Source: Diplonema japonicum
Taxonomy: Eukaryota; Protista; Euglenozoa: Diplonemea
NCBI GenBank assembly: GCA_964019335.1
Contig: OZ025752.1
Span: 1-64,000 of the forward strand
Length of the DNA: 64,000 bases
Direction: 5' to 3'
Each line of letters opens with the position of its first letter. Position 1 is the stretch's first letter. A program made the position numbers and the translations under genes. A model generated the notes under the pieces. It saw only the letters and a list, made by a program, of their open reading frames with translations. It was not told the origin of the DNA and did no database searches. Below are positions 10,288 to 22,300 of this stretch, piece after piece.

Positions 10288-11424
10288 AAAAAAAAAAAAA
10301 AAAATCATTGTCCAAAAATATTTGAAAAAAAAGTGTTTGCAGGTGTGTCAAAAATTGCAGAAAATTTTTGAGTCCTGTCAGTCCGGTCAGTCCGGCCGAT
10401 CCGGTCAGTCTGGCCGATCCGGTCAGTCCGGTCAGTCCGGTAAAATGGGTACACCGGACCGGACCGGATTCACCCATCACTGATGGAGGTCAACAGCAAA
10501 CAACACATCTGATGTACTTCTTATATTTCCATGTTATCTCCACCACCTGAATGATATATATATGAGTTAAAAGAGGCTGGTGTTGGTGGTCGCCAGGTGG
10601 CGCCCTGCACAAGAACTGTCTGCTTGATTACAGGGGTGCACCACAACCGAGTTGTAGCTTCTTCTGCATTCCATGTCATGTCCCCACCACCTTTGGAATA
10701 ATATACAAGAGTTAAAGGAGGCCGGTGTTGGCAGTGCCCTGCACAAGAACTGTCTACTTGATTACAGGGGGTGCACCACAGCCGGGTTGTAGCTTCTTCT
10801 GCGTTCTGCATTGTGTCCTTAATCACTGTGGCCGAGTTGTAGCTTCTTCTGTGCTCCGTGTCATGTCCTTAATGTGTGTGGGGTTCAGCTCAACCCTAGC
10901 CGGGGTGCCCTGGGTAACCAAGATTCTGCACTCGTGTGGTTTGCTCGGTGATGACCGATGAGGAGGTCAACAGCGAACACATCTGATGTTTTTCTTATAT
11001 TTTCATGTTATCCCCACCACCTGAAAAAGAAGATAAAGGTTTTTTTTTTTTTTTTGTTGTTGTTGTCGTCTCTCTGTACCTGTGTAACATCTTTTCTTGT
11101 AGACATCTGTTTATATGTTTGAACTCTGCAGCAAAAAAAAGGGGGGGATGTGGTGTTGTGGTTGTATCTTGTACAGTCTGGTCCAGTCCAGTCCAGTCCG
11201 GTCTGGTCTGGTCTGGTCAGTCTGGTCAGTCCAGCATAATTGGGTCGAAATTCACACCGGATCCAGTCCAGTCCAGTCCAGTCTGGTCTAGTCCTAATTA
11301 GGATTCACCCATCACTGCTTTAACTCTTGTATATTATTCCAAAGGTGGTGGGGATAGCATGCGGATGAAAAAACATCAGATGTGTTGTTCACTGTTGACC
11401 TCCTCATTGGTCATCACCAGTAGC

Positions 11425-11589
11425 CAGTGATGGGTGAATCCGGTCCGGTCCGGTGTACCCATTTTACCGGACTGACCGGACTGACCGGACTGACCGGATT
11501 GGCCGGACTGACTGGACTGACCGGACTCGAAAATTTTCTGCAATTTTTGACACACCTGCAAACACTTTTTTTTCAAATATTTTTGGACA

Positions 11590-11626
<37 letters not shown>

Positions 11627-13159
11627 TTTTTTTCAGTGACAGGGGGTGCACCTTGGCCGCTTCTGCGTTCTGCGTCGTGTCCTTAATGCATGCAGTGTGC
11701 AGCTCAACCCCAGCTGGTGCCCTACGTAGTTTACTCACCCTGAGCATCTGCGATTTGTTCTTCCACTCAGGGTGCTACAGGTGATGACCGGCCAAGTGGA
11801 TGGAGGAAATGCCTGTTTGTCGACGAGGAGGTCAACAGCGAACAACACATCTGATGTACTTCTTATATTTCCATGTTATCCCCACCACCTGAACGATAAG
11901 AGTTAAAGGAGGCCAGTGTTGGTGGCACCCTGCACAAGAACTGTCTACTTACAGGGGGCGCACCGCGGCCGGGTTGTAGCTTCTTCTGCGTTCCGTGTCA
12001 TGTCTTTAATGTGTGTGGTGTACAGCTCAACCCCAGCCAGAGTGTCCCAAGTGCCCACAACATGTACCTTGACACATTTTTGTACTTCCCTGTTTTTCTT
12101 CCTAGCTCCTGTGAAACTTCTTTTAGTTAGTAAACGAGAATTAAAGATATACAAGGGAACGAGGAAATAAAAAAAGGGGGAGGGGAAATGTGAGTGATGG
12201 GAAAAGTAGTGTAAAGGAAGCTAAGTCTGTGTAAACAGATCTCTCTCACTTTCCTCAACTCTACGATGCTCTGCCCGTTTTGCACGGCTATGCTTCTCTT
12301 TTTGCTCCCCTTCAAAAAACAGGGGCTTCACAAAGCGGTAATTCACCGCAATTTGCAGGCAAGCATTAACAACCTTTGTATCAAGTCTACATCTTGATTT
12401 GTGCAGAGTTTTAGCAACCACTTTGAAATGGCGCTCTGTTGGGGCTTCAGAAGCTAAACTGGTGCCGAGGGCCAAGGCAAAAGTTGCCAGGGTGCCCATC
12501 TTGCACAGTTTAGCGTTCCAAAAACTAAAATAATTAAAATTCTCACTCCTACCCATTGCACAATATTTATTAATTTGAACACGGAGCTGTTCTTCTGACG
12601 ACTCCAAGTTCCGTGCATTTGCAAACGGTTTCAGGTGTCTGACCAAGCACTCAAACAGCTCATTCCTGTCTGTGAGTTCATTGGTCATGTTTTGGGGGTT
12701 TAAGAACGTGAACAATCGTATTCCCATGAACGACATATTTGTTCGTACTCTCTTTTCAAACAAAAGAATGAGCTTGTCTAATGTGGAAACATCAGACTCC
12801 TTGAGCCATTCTGCACACTTCATCTCTTGCAGCCTGTGCAGCACCCGGTGAACCTCACTGGCCACCAAGGCCATGCCAGCGGAATCAGCCTGCACCACAT
12901 CTGTGGTGTCTGCAAAAGGGGCACAGACATGGATCGTGAAGTTCAATTCAGCCAGGAAACCCACGTCATCTTCACCAAGGAATTGGTACAGGGACGAAAT
13001 GGAAATCATAGTTTCAACAATTGAATTCCATCTCGTCTCTGCATAAGCCTTGATGAAGCGGATTTCGTTTGATCTAACACCATTAACCTCCTGGACGTTT
13101 CTCAGTCCAAGGGTACCACTTCGTGTCGTCCATTTCCTCACCAAGTTCTTTTTTTTTTT

Positions 13160-13191
<32 letters not shown>

Positions 13192-16067
13192 TCTTCTTTT
13201 TCTTTTTGCGAAAAACCAAAACGACAAGTTTAACAATATTATTTCTTTTCCCCCTCCCTTTTTTCGTTTTATACCTTCACCTTGCATAGCACCTTTTCAA
13301 AGCGAGGAACTTTGAAAACGTCCCCCAGTGAGAGCTGCAGTGAGTGGGCCACACAACGGTAGGCCAACACTCCACTCAACTGCAGCTCTTCGGCAGCACT
13401 GTCAAGTGCAGAATCTAATACAGTGCTTTCAGTCTTGGAAAATGAATAGATTGACCCGGTTGTAGATTCGGTGTCTTTAAAAAAAAAAAAAGATCAATAT
13501 AACATGAAAACAAACTCTACATGGAGAGTCTGTTCCTGGCCACAAAAAACACAAAGAATACCTGAATCAGTGTCAGTGTCCACAGTGTCTTGCATCTGGG
13601 TCAAGCAAAACTGCTTGGCGATCTTCTCAAGCGCACACTGCATGGCACTGGCATTGTCTGCACAGACAGAAAAAACAAGGATTCCCCTCTTTTTTTTCTT
13701 TTTTTTCCACTTCTTCCCTTTTTATCCCCTTCTTTCCCTTTCTCCCCCAAACCGTTTGAAGCTCATTGATCGTCTCCATAATGTGCTTTGTGATCTCTGC
13801 AGCAGTCACTCTCGTTGTGTTTGTCCTTCAGATGATTTCCCACTCCTAGAAAACTGCCCTCAGTTGGAAAAGAAAACTAGTTTGGATGCTCTGTATCAGG
13901 TTTTTGAAAAAACAGACCTTGCAAAAATAGCTGCACTCACCATCCAAAAGGCTGAAGCCAAGAACAGTTCGACAGTTGAAGGTAGCACCATCAACCATCA
14001 AGAACACATTCTTGGCCAACAAGCCTTCCAAAATGGAATGGAAGACACTCTCTCCCAATTCCAGAATGCGGCTCCACACTTTCTTCCTGTCTATCCCCAC
14101 AAGGCTACCAGGGGTAAACAGGCTACAAAAAAAATTCCTTTCACACAGGATGAGAGGTAGGCAATGCAGACTGATCAAAAAGCAAACCCTGTCAAGAACA
14201 GGAAGTTCTCTCATTTCATTGATAACATTGCTTACCTAGTGTTTGTTTTTCTTTTTTTTTTTCCCCCCACTTTGTCTTCTTCTTTTACCTTGGCTTTAGC
14301 TGAAGATGGTGAACTCTGAACCTGTGACTGTGATTGTGACTGTGACTGTGACTGTGACTGTGACTGTGACTGTGACTGTGACTGCGACTGCAATTGTGAC
14401 TGTGGCTGTGACACCTTGGGTTTGTCCATTTTCTTTTCCTGCATCTTCTTTTCCCATGCTTCTGCACTCACCTTTGCTTTCTCTTCCCTCTTTTTTCTTC
14501 TGGCAGGGCTATGGAATTGCATCCAGTGATCTTGCAAATTGCCCATTGTGTTAACAATGTGCATGGTACAACTTGGGTTTTTGCACTTGTGTTTTTTGTC
14601 ACTCACAATTGCAGAATAAAAAAAATTTTGGTTTGGTGCATAGTCCTTTTTATCCTATTTTTTTTTTTCTTGTGTGTGTGGTACTGCTCGAGGGTAGGCA
14701 TAGATGTAGTTCCAGTCTTTTAATTCCCAAATTGAAACTGCCCCTCTTTCTTCTTTGGCACCAGCAGGCTGGTCAGGTGTAGGGAGGGTCTGTGGGGGGT
14801 GAAGCAGGTCTCTGGACATGGAACTCTGAAAGTGTTTCAGCTTTTCCTGCAGCTCCTTCACCTTAAGCTGTGCAAGCCTCAGCTTTGCTTCTGTCTCAGA
14901 AAGGTGATTGGGGTTGGTCAGTGTTGGTCAGTCCCATCCCATCCCCTAAAACGGAATACGGGCCTGGACAGGACTGTCTTTAATGTGTGTGGGCAACAGT
15001 GAACAACACATCTGATGTTTTTTCATGCTATCCCCACCACCTTTAGAATAATATACAAGAGTTAAAGGAGGCTCCCATTGAGTCCCATCCTGTGGAGTCC
15101 TGTGATGACACGGAATGCAGAAGAAGCTACAACTTGGTTGTGGTGCACCCCTGTAATCAAGCAGACAGTTCTTGTGCAAGGCACCACCAACACCAGCCTC
15201 TTTTAACTCATATATATATCATTCAGGTGGTGGGGATAACATGGAAATATAAGAAGTACATCAGATGTGTTGTTTGCTGTTGACCTCCATGTTGGTCACC
15301 AGTAGTGCCCAAGTGGAGAACATAATGCAGATGCTCAGGGTGATGAATTGGCAGCAAACTGCATGAGTACATAATTCTTCCACTCAGGAGCTACTGGTGA
15401 TGACCGATGAGGAGGTCAACAGTGAACAACACATCTGATGTTTTTTCATCCACATGCTATCCCCACCACCTTTGGAATAATATACAAGAGTTAAAGGAGG
15501 GCCCTGCACAAGAACTGTCTACTTGATTACAGGGGGTGCACCACAGCTGGGTTGTAGCTTCTTCTGCATTCTGCATTGTGTCCTTAATCACTGTGGCTGA
15601 GTTGTAGCTTCTTCTGTGCTCTGTGTTGTGTCCTTAATGTGTGTGGGGTTCAGCTCAACCCCAGCCAGGGCATCCTGGGTAACCAAGATTCTGCACTTGT
15701 GTGGTTTGCTCGGTGATGACCAATGAGGAGGTCAACAGTAAACAACACATCTGATGTTTTTCTTATATTTTCATGTTATCCCCACCACCTGAAAAAGAAG
15801 ATAAAGGTTTTTTTTTTTTTTGTTGTTGTTGTCGTCTCTCAGTACCTGTGTAACATCTTTTCTTGAGACATCTGTTTATATGTTTGAACTCTGCAGCAAA
15901 AAAAAGGGGGGGGTGTGGTGTTGTGGTTGTATCTTGTATGGTCCGGTCTGGTCTGGTCCAGTCTGGTCAGTCTGGTCAGTCTGGCATAATTGGGTTGAAA
16001 TTCACACCAGATCTGGTCTGGTCTGGTCCAGTCTGGTCTAGTCCTAATTAGGATTCACCCATCACTG
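11425..16067 (-). mobile_element. hAT DNA transposon with 17-bp TIR CAGTGATGGGTGAATCC and ACCGGACTG-type subterminal repeats
   Basis: Left TIR starts at 11425, inverted TIR ends at 16067, transposase lies inside; no matching 8-bp TSD. Confidence 0.75.
12221..14606 (-). pseudogene. hAT transposase, split by introns and/or frameshifts
   Basis: BED-like CKNPSC..NLQDHWMQFH; LMVDGAT; VCADNASAM (~13650); YRCVAHSLQLSL (~13340); TRWNS; hATC domain FW..LA..ASEAPTERHF..RCRL; probable GT-AG intron 13280-13148; (SQ)n linker from the TGTGAC repeat at ~14323-14412. Confidence 0.85.
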
Positions 16068-16769
16068 GGTTGGTTGAGGTAACTTCTACAAGGTGGTACA
16101 CTCGTTTGTCCACAGTTTTGGGAGGGAAGTGGAAAATGATTCCAGGCTCCTGCTCATATACACAAGCAGCTGCAACCCCAGGAATGACACCAACAATTGT
16201 ACCATCCCAAGCCACTGCCTCATCAGTTGCAGTTGGTATTGTGTTTTTACCACCAGTTTCCCAAAAGAATGCTTTAAATGTACTGCCAATGCCTTTTTTT
16301 TTTCTTTTTTTTTCTTTCTCCTACCTTTGCCACTGATGAACTGCAACATCGCGGACTGAGAAAGCCCAGTTTTCTTCTGGGTGCAGGTTAAAGTAGGGCC
16401 ACATTCGGGTTTTTGACTGAGTAGTTCTTCAATGTTAGTAGCAGCACATGGTTTTGAGGAGGAAGATGAAGACGAACAGGAACCAGTACTGTTGCTCCTT
16501 TTTCTTTTCTTCTTCTCGTTGTTGTTGTTGTTGTTGTCGTCTCTCAGTACCTGTGTAACATCTTTTCTTGTAGACATCTGTTTATACGTTTGAACTCTGC
16601 AGCAAAAAAAAAGGGGGGGATGTGGTGTTGTGGTTGTATCTTGTACAGTCTGGTCCAGTCCAGTCTGGTCAGTCCAGTCAGTCCAGCATAATTGGGTTGA
16701 AATTCACACCGGATCCAGTCCAGTCCGGTCCAGTCTGGTCTAGTCCTAATTAGGATTCACCCATCACTG

Positions 16770-17310
16770 CTTTGGGGCATCCGTGATCTCCGGGAGGCCT
16801 TTGCAATAGGTAGAAGTCAGCACACTTGTTTGTTTTGCTGTAGAAACACAGATTTCCCAGAATAGTCAAAAAGCAGTCTCTTGACATGACAGTGGTGTAC
16901 CCAGGGGTGTGGTTGAGAGGCGTGGAGCCAGTGCACCAGTAGTCAGAATAATCTGGCTTGATATCCAAGTCCATTGACAAAAGGGCACCTAGGAAGGTAT
17001 GCAGAGAAGCAGCATTGAGATCCAGGGAAACACCTTTTTTAGCCGCATTTGCCACATTGTTTGAAGTTATGACCCGAATAACGTTTGGGATGAGCATTTG
17101 GAAGAATATATGGAATGGCATTGAGCCTCTGATGTCAAAACAGGGTCCACAAGGATTCCAATCTTCACGAAACCAGATGCCTTCCAACTGCTCCGGCTTT
17201 GCCATCCAATCACCCTGCTGTGACTCGGAATCGGTCGAATTCGAATCAGAATCACTGTCCATATCAAAATTGCATAATAGGGATGAGCCATCAGTGCTAC
17301 CATCACTCAT
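16770..17310 (-). pseudogene. piggyBac-like transposase N-terminal remnant, truncated by a hAT end
   Basis: Acidic N-terminus then PFHIFF..LHTFLGALLSM..PDYSDYW..MSRDCFLTILGNLCF, typical of piggyBac transposases. Confidence 0.75.
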
Positions 17311-18689
17311 AATGTTCTCTTCTGGCCTCTTTCTGGGTGCCCTTTTTTGAAGTGATTTTTAAGGGTAAATTTGGGCTGGCATTTTTTTTTATTTTTTCAT
17401 TTTCTTGCAAAGTTAGGGCAGCATTTAGTTTATATTTTTCATATTTTCCATGCAGGACCCTGGATGTGAGAAGTGTCCAGGCTGTATTGCATTGAAAGCC
17501 CTTTGTGCAAAAGATTTTTTTTCAAATCGTCTCTATAAAGATGCTCATTGGTAGATGGTTAACCATTAAACCCACATGTCATATATGTATGACATAAAAA
17601 AAAAAAAAAGAAAAAATCTATAGGCCTTTTGGTCAAATTATGACCTTTCTTTCACTTTTCTGACACCATTGTGCAATTTTTTCCACTTTGTTTGGCTAAA
17701 TGCTGCCCTTTTTCAGCATTATTTTAAGAATTTGAGAGGTCGAAAATCCGGGAAAAAATGATTTGAGAATGAAGAATACTCGACTGGAGCAGAGGGCTGG
17801 TCGTGAGTGATGAAGAATGCTTCCGTGACTACTGGAAAACCGATCCTGACTCCATTATGCATACTCAGGGGTTTGCATGCATCATGTCCGGAAACTGGTT
17901 TGAGCTGTTCTTTGGAAACATATATCTGTGCAAGGACCCATCCTGGGACCCTGATCGAGATGAGATCAGCCTGGCATGACAAACTCTACAAGGCCTGCTG
18001 GCTGGTTGAAGCTGCAATGCAGCGTTGGGGAAAGGCCTCCCGGACTATCAAGGAACGGGGGCAGGTGATGAAAAGGGGAGAGTTCTGTGTGTTCCAACGA
18101 AACAGGCCCAGCATGCACATTTTTTTTTGTGGCAGGGTGGAAAGCTTGTGCTTCTCCTGAGCGCACCCCCTTTCAAGCCAAAGATGACCGCCACTTGTCA
18201 AAGATGGGTCAGCAAGGCAAAGAAAAAGTCCAGGGTCGAAGTCCGGGGAACGACGCTGCCACCCAACGCAACACAAAGTAGTCCAAAGCCGCCGGTGGCA
18301 GACGAAAATATTAAGGTTCCTGCTTGACAAAAGCACGAATTTTTTTTGGGTTTGAACCCCACTTGTGCCGTGTTTTTTCCACTGGAGCTGCTTCATTTTG
18401 TATAGTACAAAGTAAGGCAAATCACCAAAAAAAAATTTTTACAAAAAAAAATTCCATATGTCGAACATTGGGCCCCAGACGCAAATAAATCCATTCCAGC
18501 CCTAGAAAAAGTAATTAGAAATTTTTTTAGCTCTTCAAAATGTGGGTTCTGGTGGGTCACTTAGCAAATATAGAGCGTAATAATTCTTTATGACTATATG
18601 TCTTTGTTGTTCACATGAGCAAAAAAGGTTTTTTAAAAAGCTGCGAAAGTTTTTTGCTCGGCACAAGTTGCATATAGTTAAAGTGTAAC

Positions 18690-19050
18690 GCCCTGCGTGA
18701 ATGGGTCTGCCTTCTGCTCGTGTGTGGAAACCCACTGGACGTGGAGATTTGCCTGACGTGAGAGTATATGTCAGCAGTTATCTTATTTCCCATGAAGCTA
18801 GATGACAGCCCCTTCCGAATCGCGTACACAGCAGGCAGGTTGTCGACCATCAGCGATACCTTGCAGCAGGACCCCCCACGGAGGGCCATAAAAGCTCCTT
18901 CCCGGGCTGCCGCTAGTTCCTTCAGGAAGATGTGACGTGCTTTCCATGCTGTCCACCGCCGTCCCTCTGGCAGTCTGCATTCGGCGCCATCAACCACTTC
19001 TCCCACGAAGATCGCTCCACAGGGCTTCGGGTTGCCCCCCCCAGGCGTCT
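18690..19050 (-). pseudogene. RNase H fragment of a tyrosine-recombinase retrotransposon (DIRS/VIPER/TATE-like)
   Basis: HIFLKELAAA, LMVDNLPAVYAIRKGLSSS, and frameshifted VQWVSTHEQKADPFT. Confidence 0.7.
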
Positions 19051-19322
19051 AAGGGTTTAAAAAAAAAAAAGTATTTAGCCAATCACCGAGATGACTGCAG
19101 CGACATGTAGTGGGTCCTCAAAACACTTCCGTCCCACCTCGTGGAACGGCTTGGCAAGTTCGAAACGGGAGTGGTTTTTAAAAAAAGAAAATAATGGTCG
19201 CTCGACCCCATTTACACTTCCTTTACTCTCATTTTATTTATTTCATCTCCAACTTTTTTTGCAGCATACAACCACAACCACAGGTTATTCAAACAACACA
19301 CCAACAACAACAACAACAAAAA

Positions 19323-22300
19323 ATGCTCTCGAAAATGGCGGTGCTGCTCATGAGCAGCGTGCTGGCTGCAGGGCTGGACCTCTGTGGAACGAAAGGTGAC
19401 CTTGAGCTTTGCGTCGAAATGGAGCCGAAGATGAGCGCTGCTGTGGATGCTTGCAACACTAAGGGAGAGGACCCCCATCCTGACGCAGAGACCAAGTACG
19501 AGCTCACGGGGACGGCCCAGTACCTTGGTGCCAATTTTGCTTCTATCTCAAGCGTAGCTATTGAGGTGGGCTGTGAGGCGAATGTTGCGGTCGTGAAGTT
19601 CACAGGTTACGCCGAGTTGCTAAGCAGCACGAAGCTGTCAGACCTCACTGCTGCGTCTAGCCTCGTGCTCCGCTTTGAGGCAGGCAAAGCACTTGAGTGG
19701 GCGGGATCCTTCCTGCAAGGTGACATTGCCAACGAGGGCGACTTCATGGCGAGTTACGAGGTCATTGTGCAGTCAGTCATCGAGACCCTTATGTACATCG
19801 ACATGCCCGACCCCGAGTTCGAGCTGTCCCTCCCCTCCAGGGTCACCCTTGACTTCCCAAACTTGCCTATCTTGGACGGCACTCTCCTGCCAAAGACGTG
19901 CCCTCAGAGCCCTCCCGCTGACCAGCCGCCTCTTGCCATTCCTGGCATCGACATGGAGCTTCAGATGTCCGGCGTTGTTTTCGACCCCTGTGCTTTCATG
20001 GCTGGCTCGTCCGACGTCCCCATTCTCGTCATGGGTGCCACGCTCACCGCCACTGATACGTATGATTTGTACGGCTTGCAGCTGGCCCACCTTTCCGTGC
20101 GTGTGACCGCCAAGATTGACGACAACAAACCTGGCCAAGACAGCATGGCGTGGGATGGTACCCTTGCGGCCACCGCCTACTTGTTCGGCACCGAGGCCGT
20201 TGTGGAAGGCACCTTCGATGAGATGAAGCTGCTCACCGTCAACGCCGCCTTCAACGCTTCGTACGACACCTTCTCCCTGCAGGGCTCCGTCGACTACGCT
20301 GGGAACTGCAGCAACATGACGACTGGTACCGTGACACTTGCTATCCCCAGCGCTGCCCTCACTGCCGCTGCTACTGTTAACCAACTGGGGTGTGCTGCTG
20401 AGACTGGCAAGTCGCTGTGGGAGCTGACGGCAAGAGTGCCCAGCGCCACTATCTCGATGGTGTCGCTGTCTAACATCGAGGTGGACATGACATCTGCAGA
20501 GGAGGGGGTGGGTGCCGATGCTGTGGTCGTCTGGTCGGGCGACGTCTCTGGCTTCGTCGACTTGGGTGCCAGCACTGTGAGCGCCAGCGTCAGTTTTGAC
20601 AGCGTCAAGGGCGTCACCGCGTTTGCCGTCTCCGGTACCCTTGAGGCGGGCATTGTGACAGGAACTGTGGACCTCACTGTTGCAAACGGCGTGGCGGCAG
20701 GAACTGCCACCATCTCCGCCGCTCCTGACAACGCAGCTGTTCCGCAGTTCGAAGCCAACGTGTCGCATGTCTTCCACTACACCACCGACAATGCAGATCT
20801 GCCGCTCTGGTCCATCCAAGGGCGCCTGACTTCCCCTTGGGTCATCTTCGGCCTTGAGCTTAAGGACGTGGAAATCAGCCTCGAGGGCGCCGTTGCAGGT
20901 GGCGAACCCATCACATGGTCGGGTGTCGTGACCGGGACAGCTGTCATCGACGGGGTGCAGATCACCGTCACGACTACGCTCGAGAAGAACGCGCTGACAT
21001 CGCTTGTGGGTGACATCACTGTGTCGGGGCACGGGGCCACCTTCGAGGGCAGAATCGAGATCAGCCCGGACAGGGAGCACGGGTGCGTCCCGATCGAGGG
21101 TTCAGGCGATCTCACACTCGCCAGTGGCGAGAGGTTCGACGCTGCGATGTCTTTGAATGAGTGCGCAAGGCAGGTTGGTGACAACAGATTCCACTTCGAG
21201 GCCACCTACCACGATGACGACATGATTGTGGACGGCCTGACACTGTCGTCCGTCAGCTTCGTGCTGCACGCGAACGTGAGCGAGGAAGGCACGAACAAGC
21301 CTGTGCTCAACTGGGGCGGTTCGCTTCACGCCACTGCCAACTTGTTCGGCGCCTCTTCCTCTGCAGCAATTGCCTTCGCCAACGGTGAGCTGAAGGCCAT
21401 CAACATCCTGACCTCATTCTCTACCGACAACCTCATCTTCAGTTCGACTGTGGCCTTCCAATACCACGCAGACTGCACACCGACCCACGGCACTGTTAAG
21501 GAAGCGAGGCTGAGGCTCGATGGTGCCAGGGACCTTGTCTTCACAGGTAAGGTGTCTTATGAGAGCTGCACAGGTGTTATGAGCGTTGAGGGAACCGCAG
21601 ACGAGTGGGACGGGCCCAGCGCAACCTCCCTGACCTCCGTTAGCATTGCGCTGAGCTCCAGCCCTAACAACGGCGATGCTGCCGCGGCATTGGCCGACCG
21701 TTCATGGACGGGGTCCATCACTGCAACGACGAAGGTGGGTCTTGCCTTCTCTCTCGCGTTTGACAGCACGAAGGACGCCACGTCCGTGACCGGCTCTATT
21801 GTCTACATTAACGATAATGTGAAGTTGAGCGTTGCAGTGGGCAGCGACTGCACAGGCACCGGTACCCTCATCCTGAGAAACCTGAAGAACATCCCTGCCA
21901 TCGAAACTTCAATCACCTTCTCGAAGCCTTGCGACAAGCCGACTAACGCGTGGTCTGTGACTGGAACCTTCGAGGAGCTTGCCATCCCCTTCCACTCCAA
22001 GGTGATCCTCCTCCCTTCCGTCACTGTGGGCATCGAGCAAGCTGAAGACGGCACCAAGACTGTGTCCGTCACCGGCGAGTACCTCAACAGCTTCGAGCTG
22101 GGCTTGGTGTTCACCATTGGAAACGGACCCGTCGACGTTGTGCTCAGGGGCAGTGTAAGGACAGGACATGCCGTTTCTGCCGACATCTTCTCTACCGAGT
22201 TCTCCGGCAGCAACCAGTTCACACCCTCCCTTGGGAACGCTGGTGGCATGCTGGATGCCATGAGGAGCCTGCCCCTTATCAACGCAGAGCTCGAGATCTC

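Larger units (their letters stand above)
8750..16769. repeat. Scrambled array of ~300-bp repeat modules and hAT termini in both orientations
   Basis: Recurring blocks GGTGGTGGGGATAACATGGAAATATAAGAAGTACATCAGATGTGTTG, GCAGATGCTCAGGGTGA and GAAGAAGCTACAAC; terminal motif CAGTGATGGGTGAATCC occurs five times. Confidence 0.9.
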
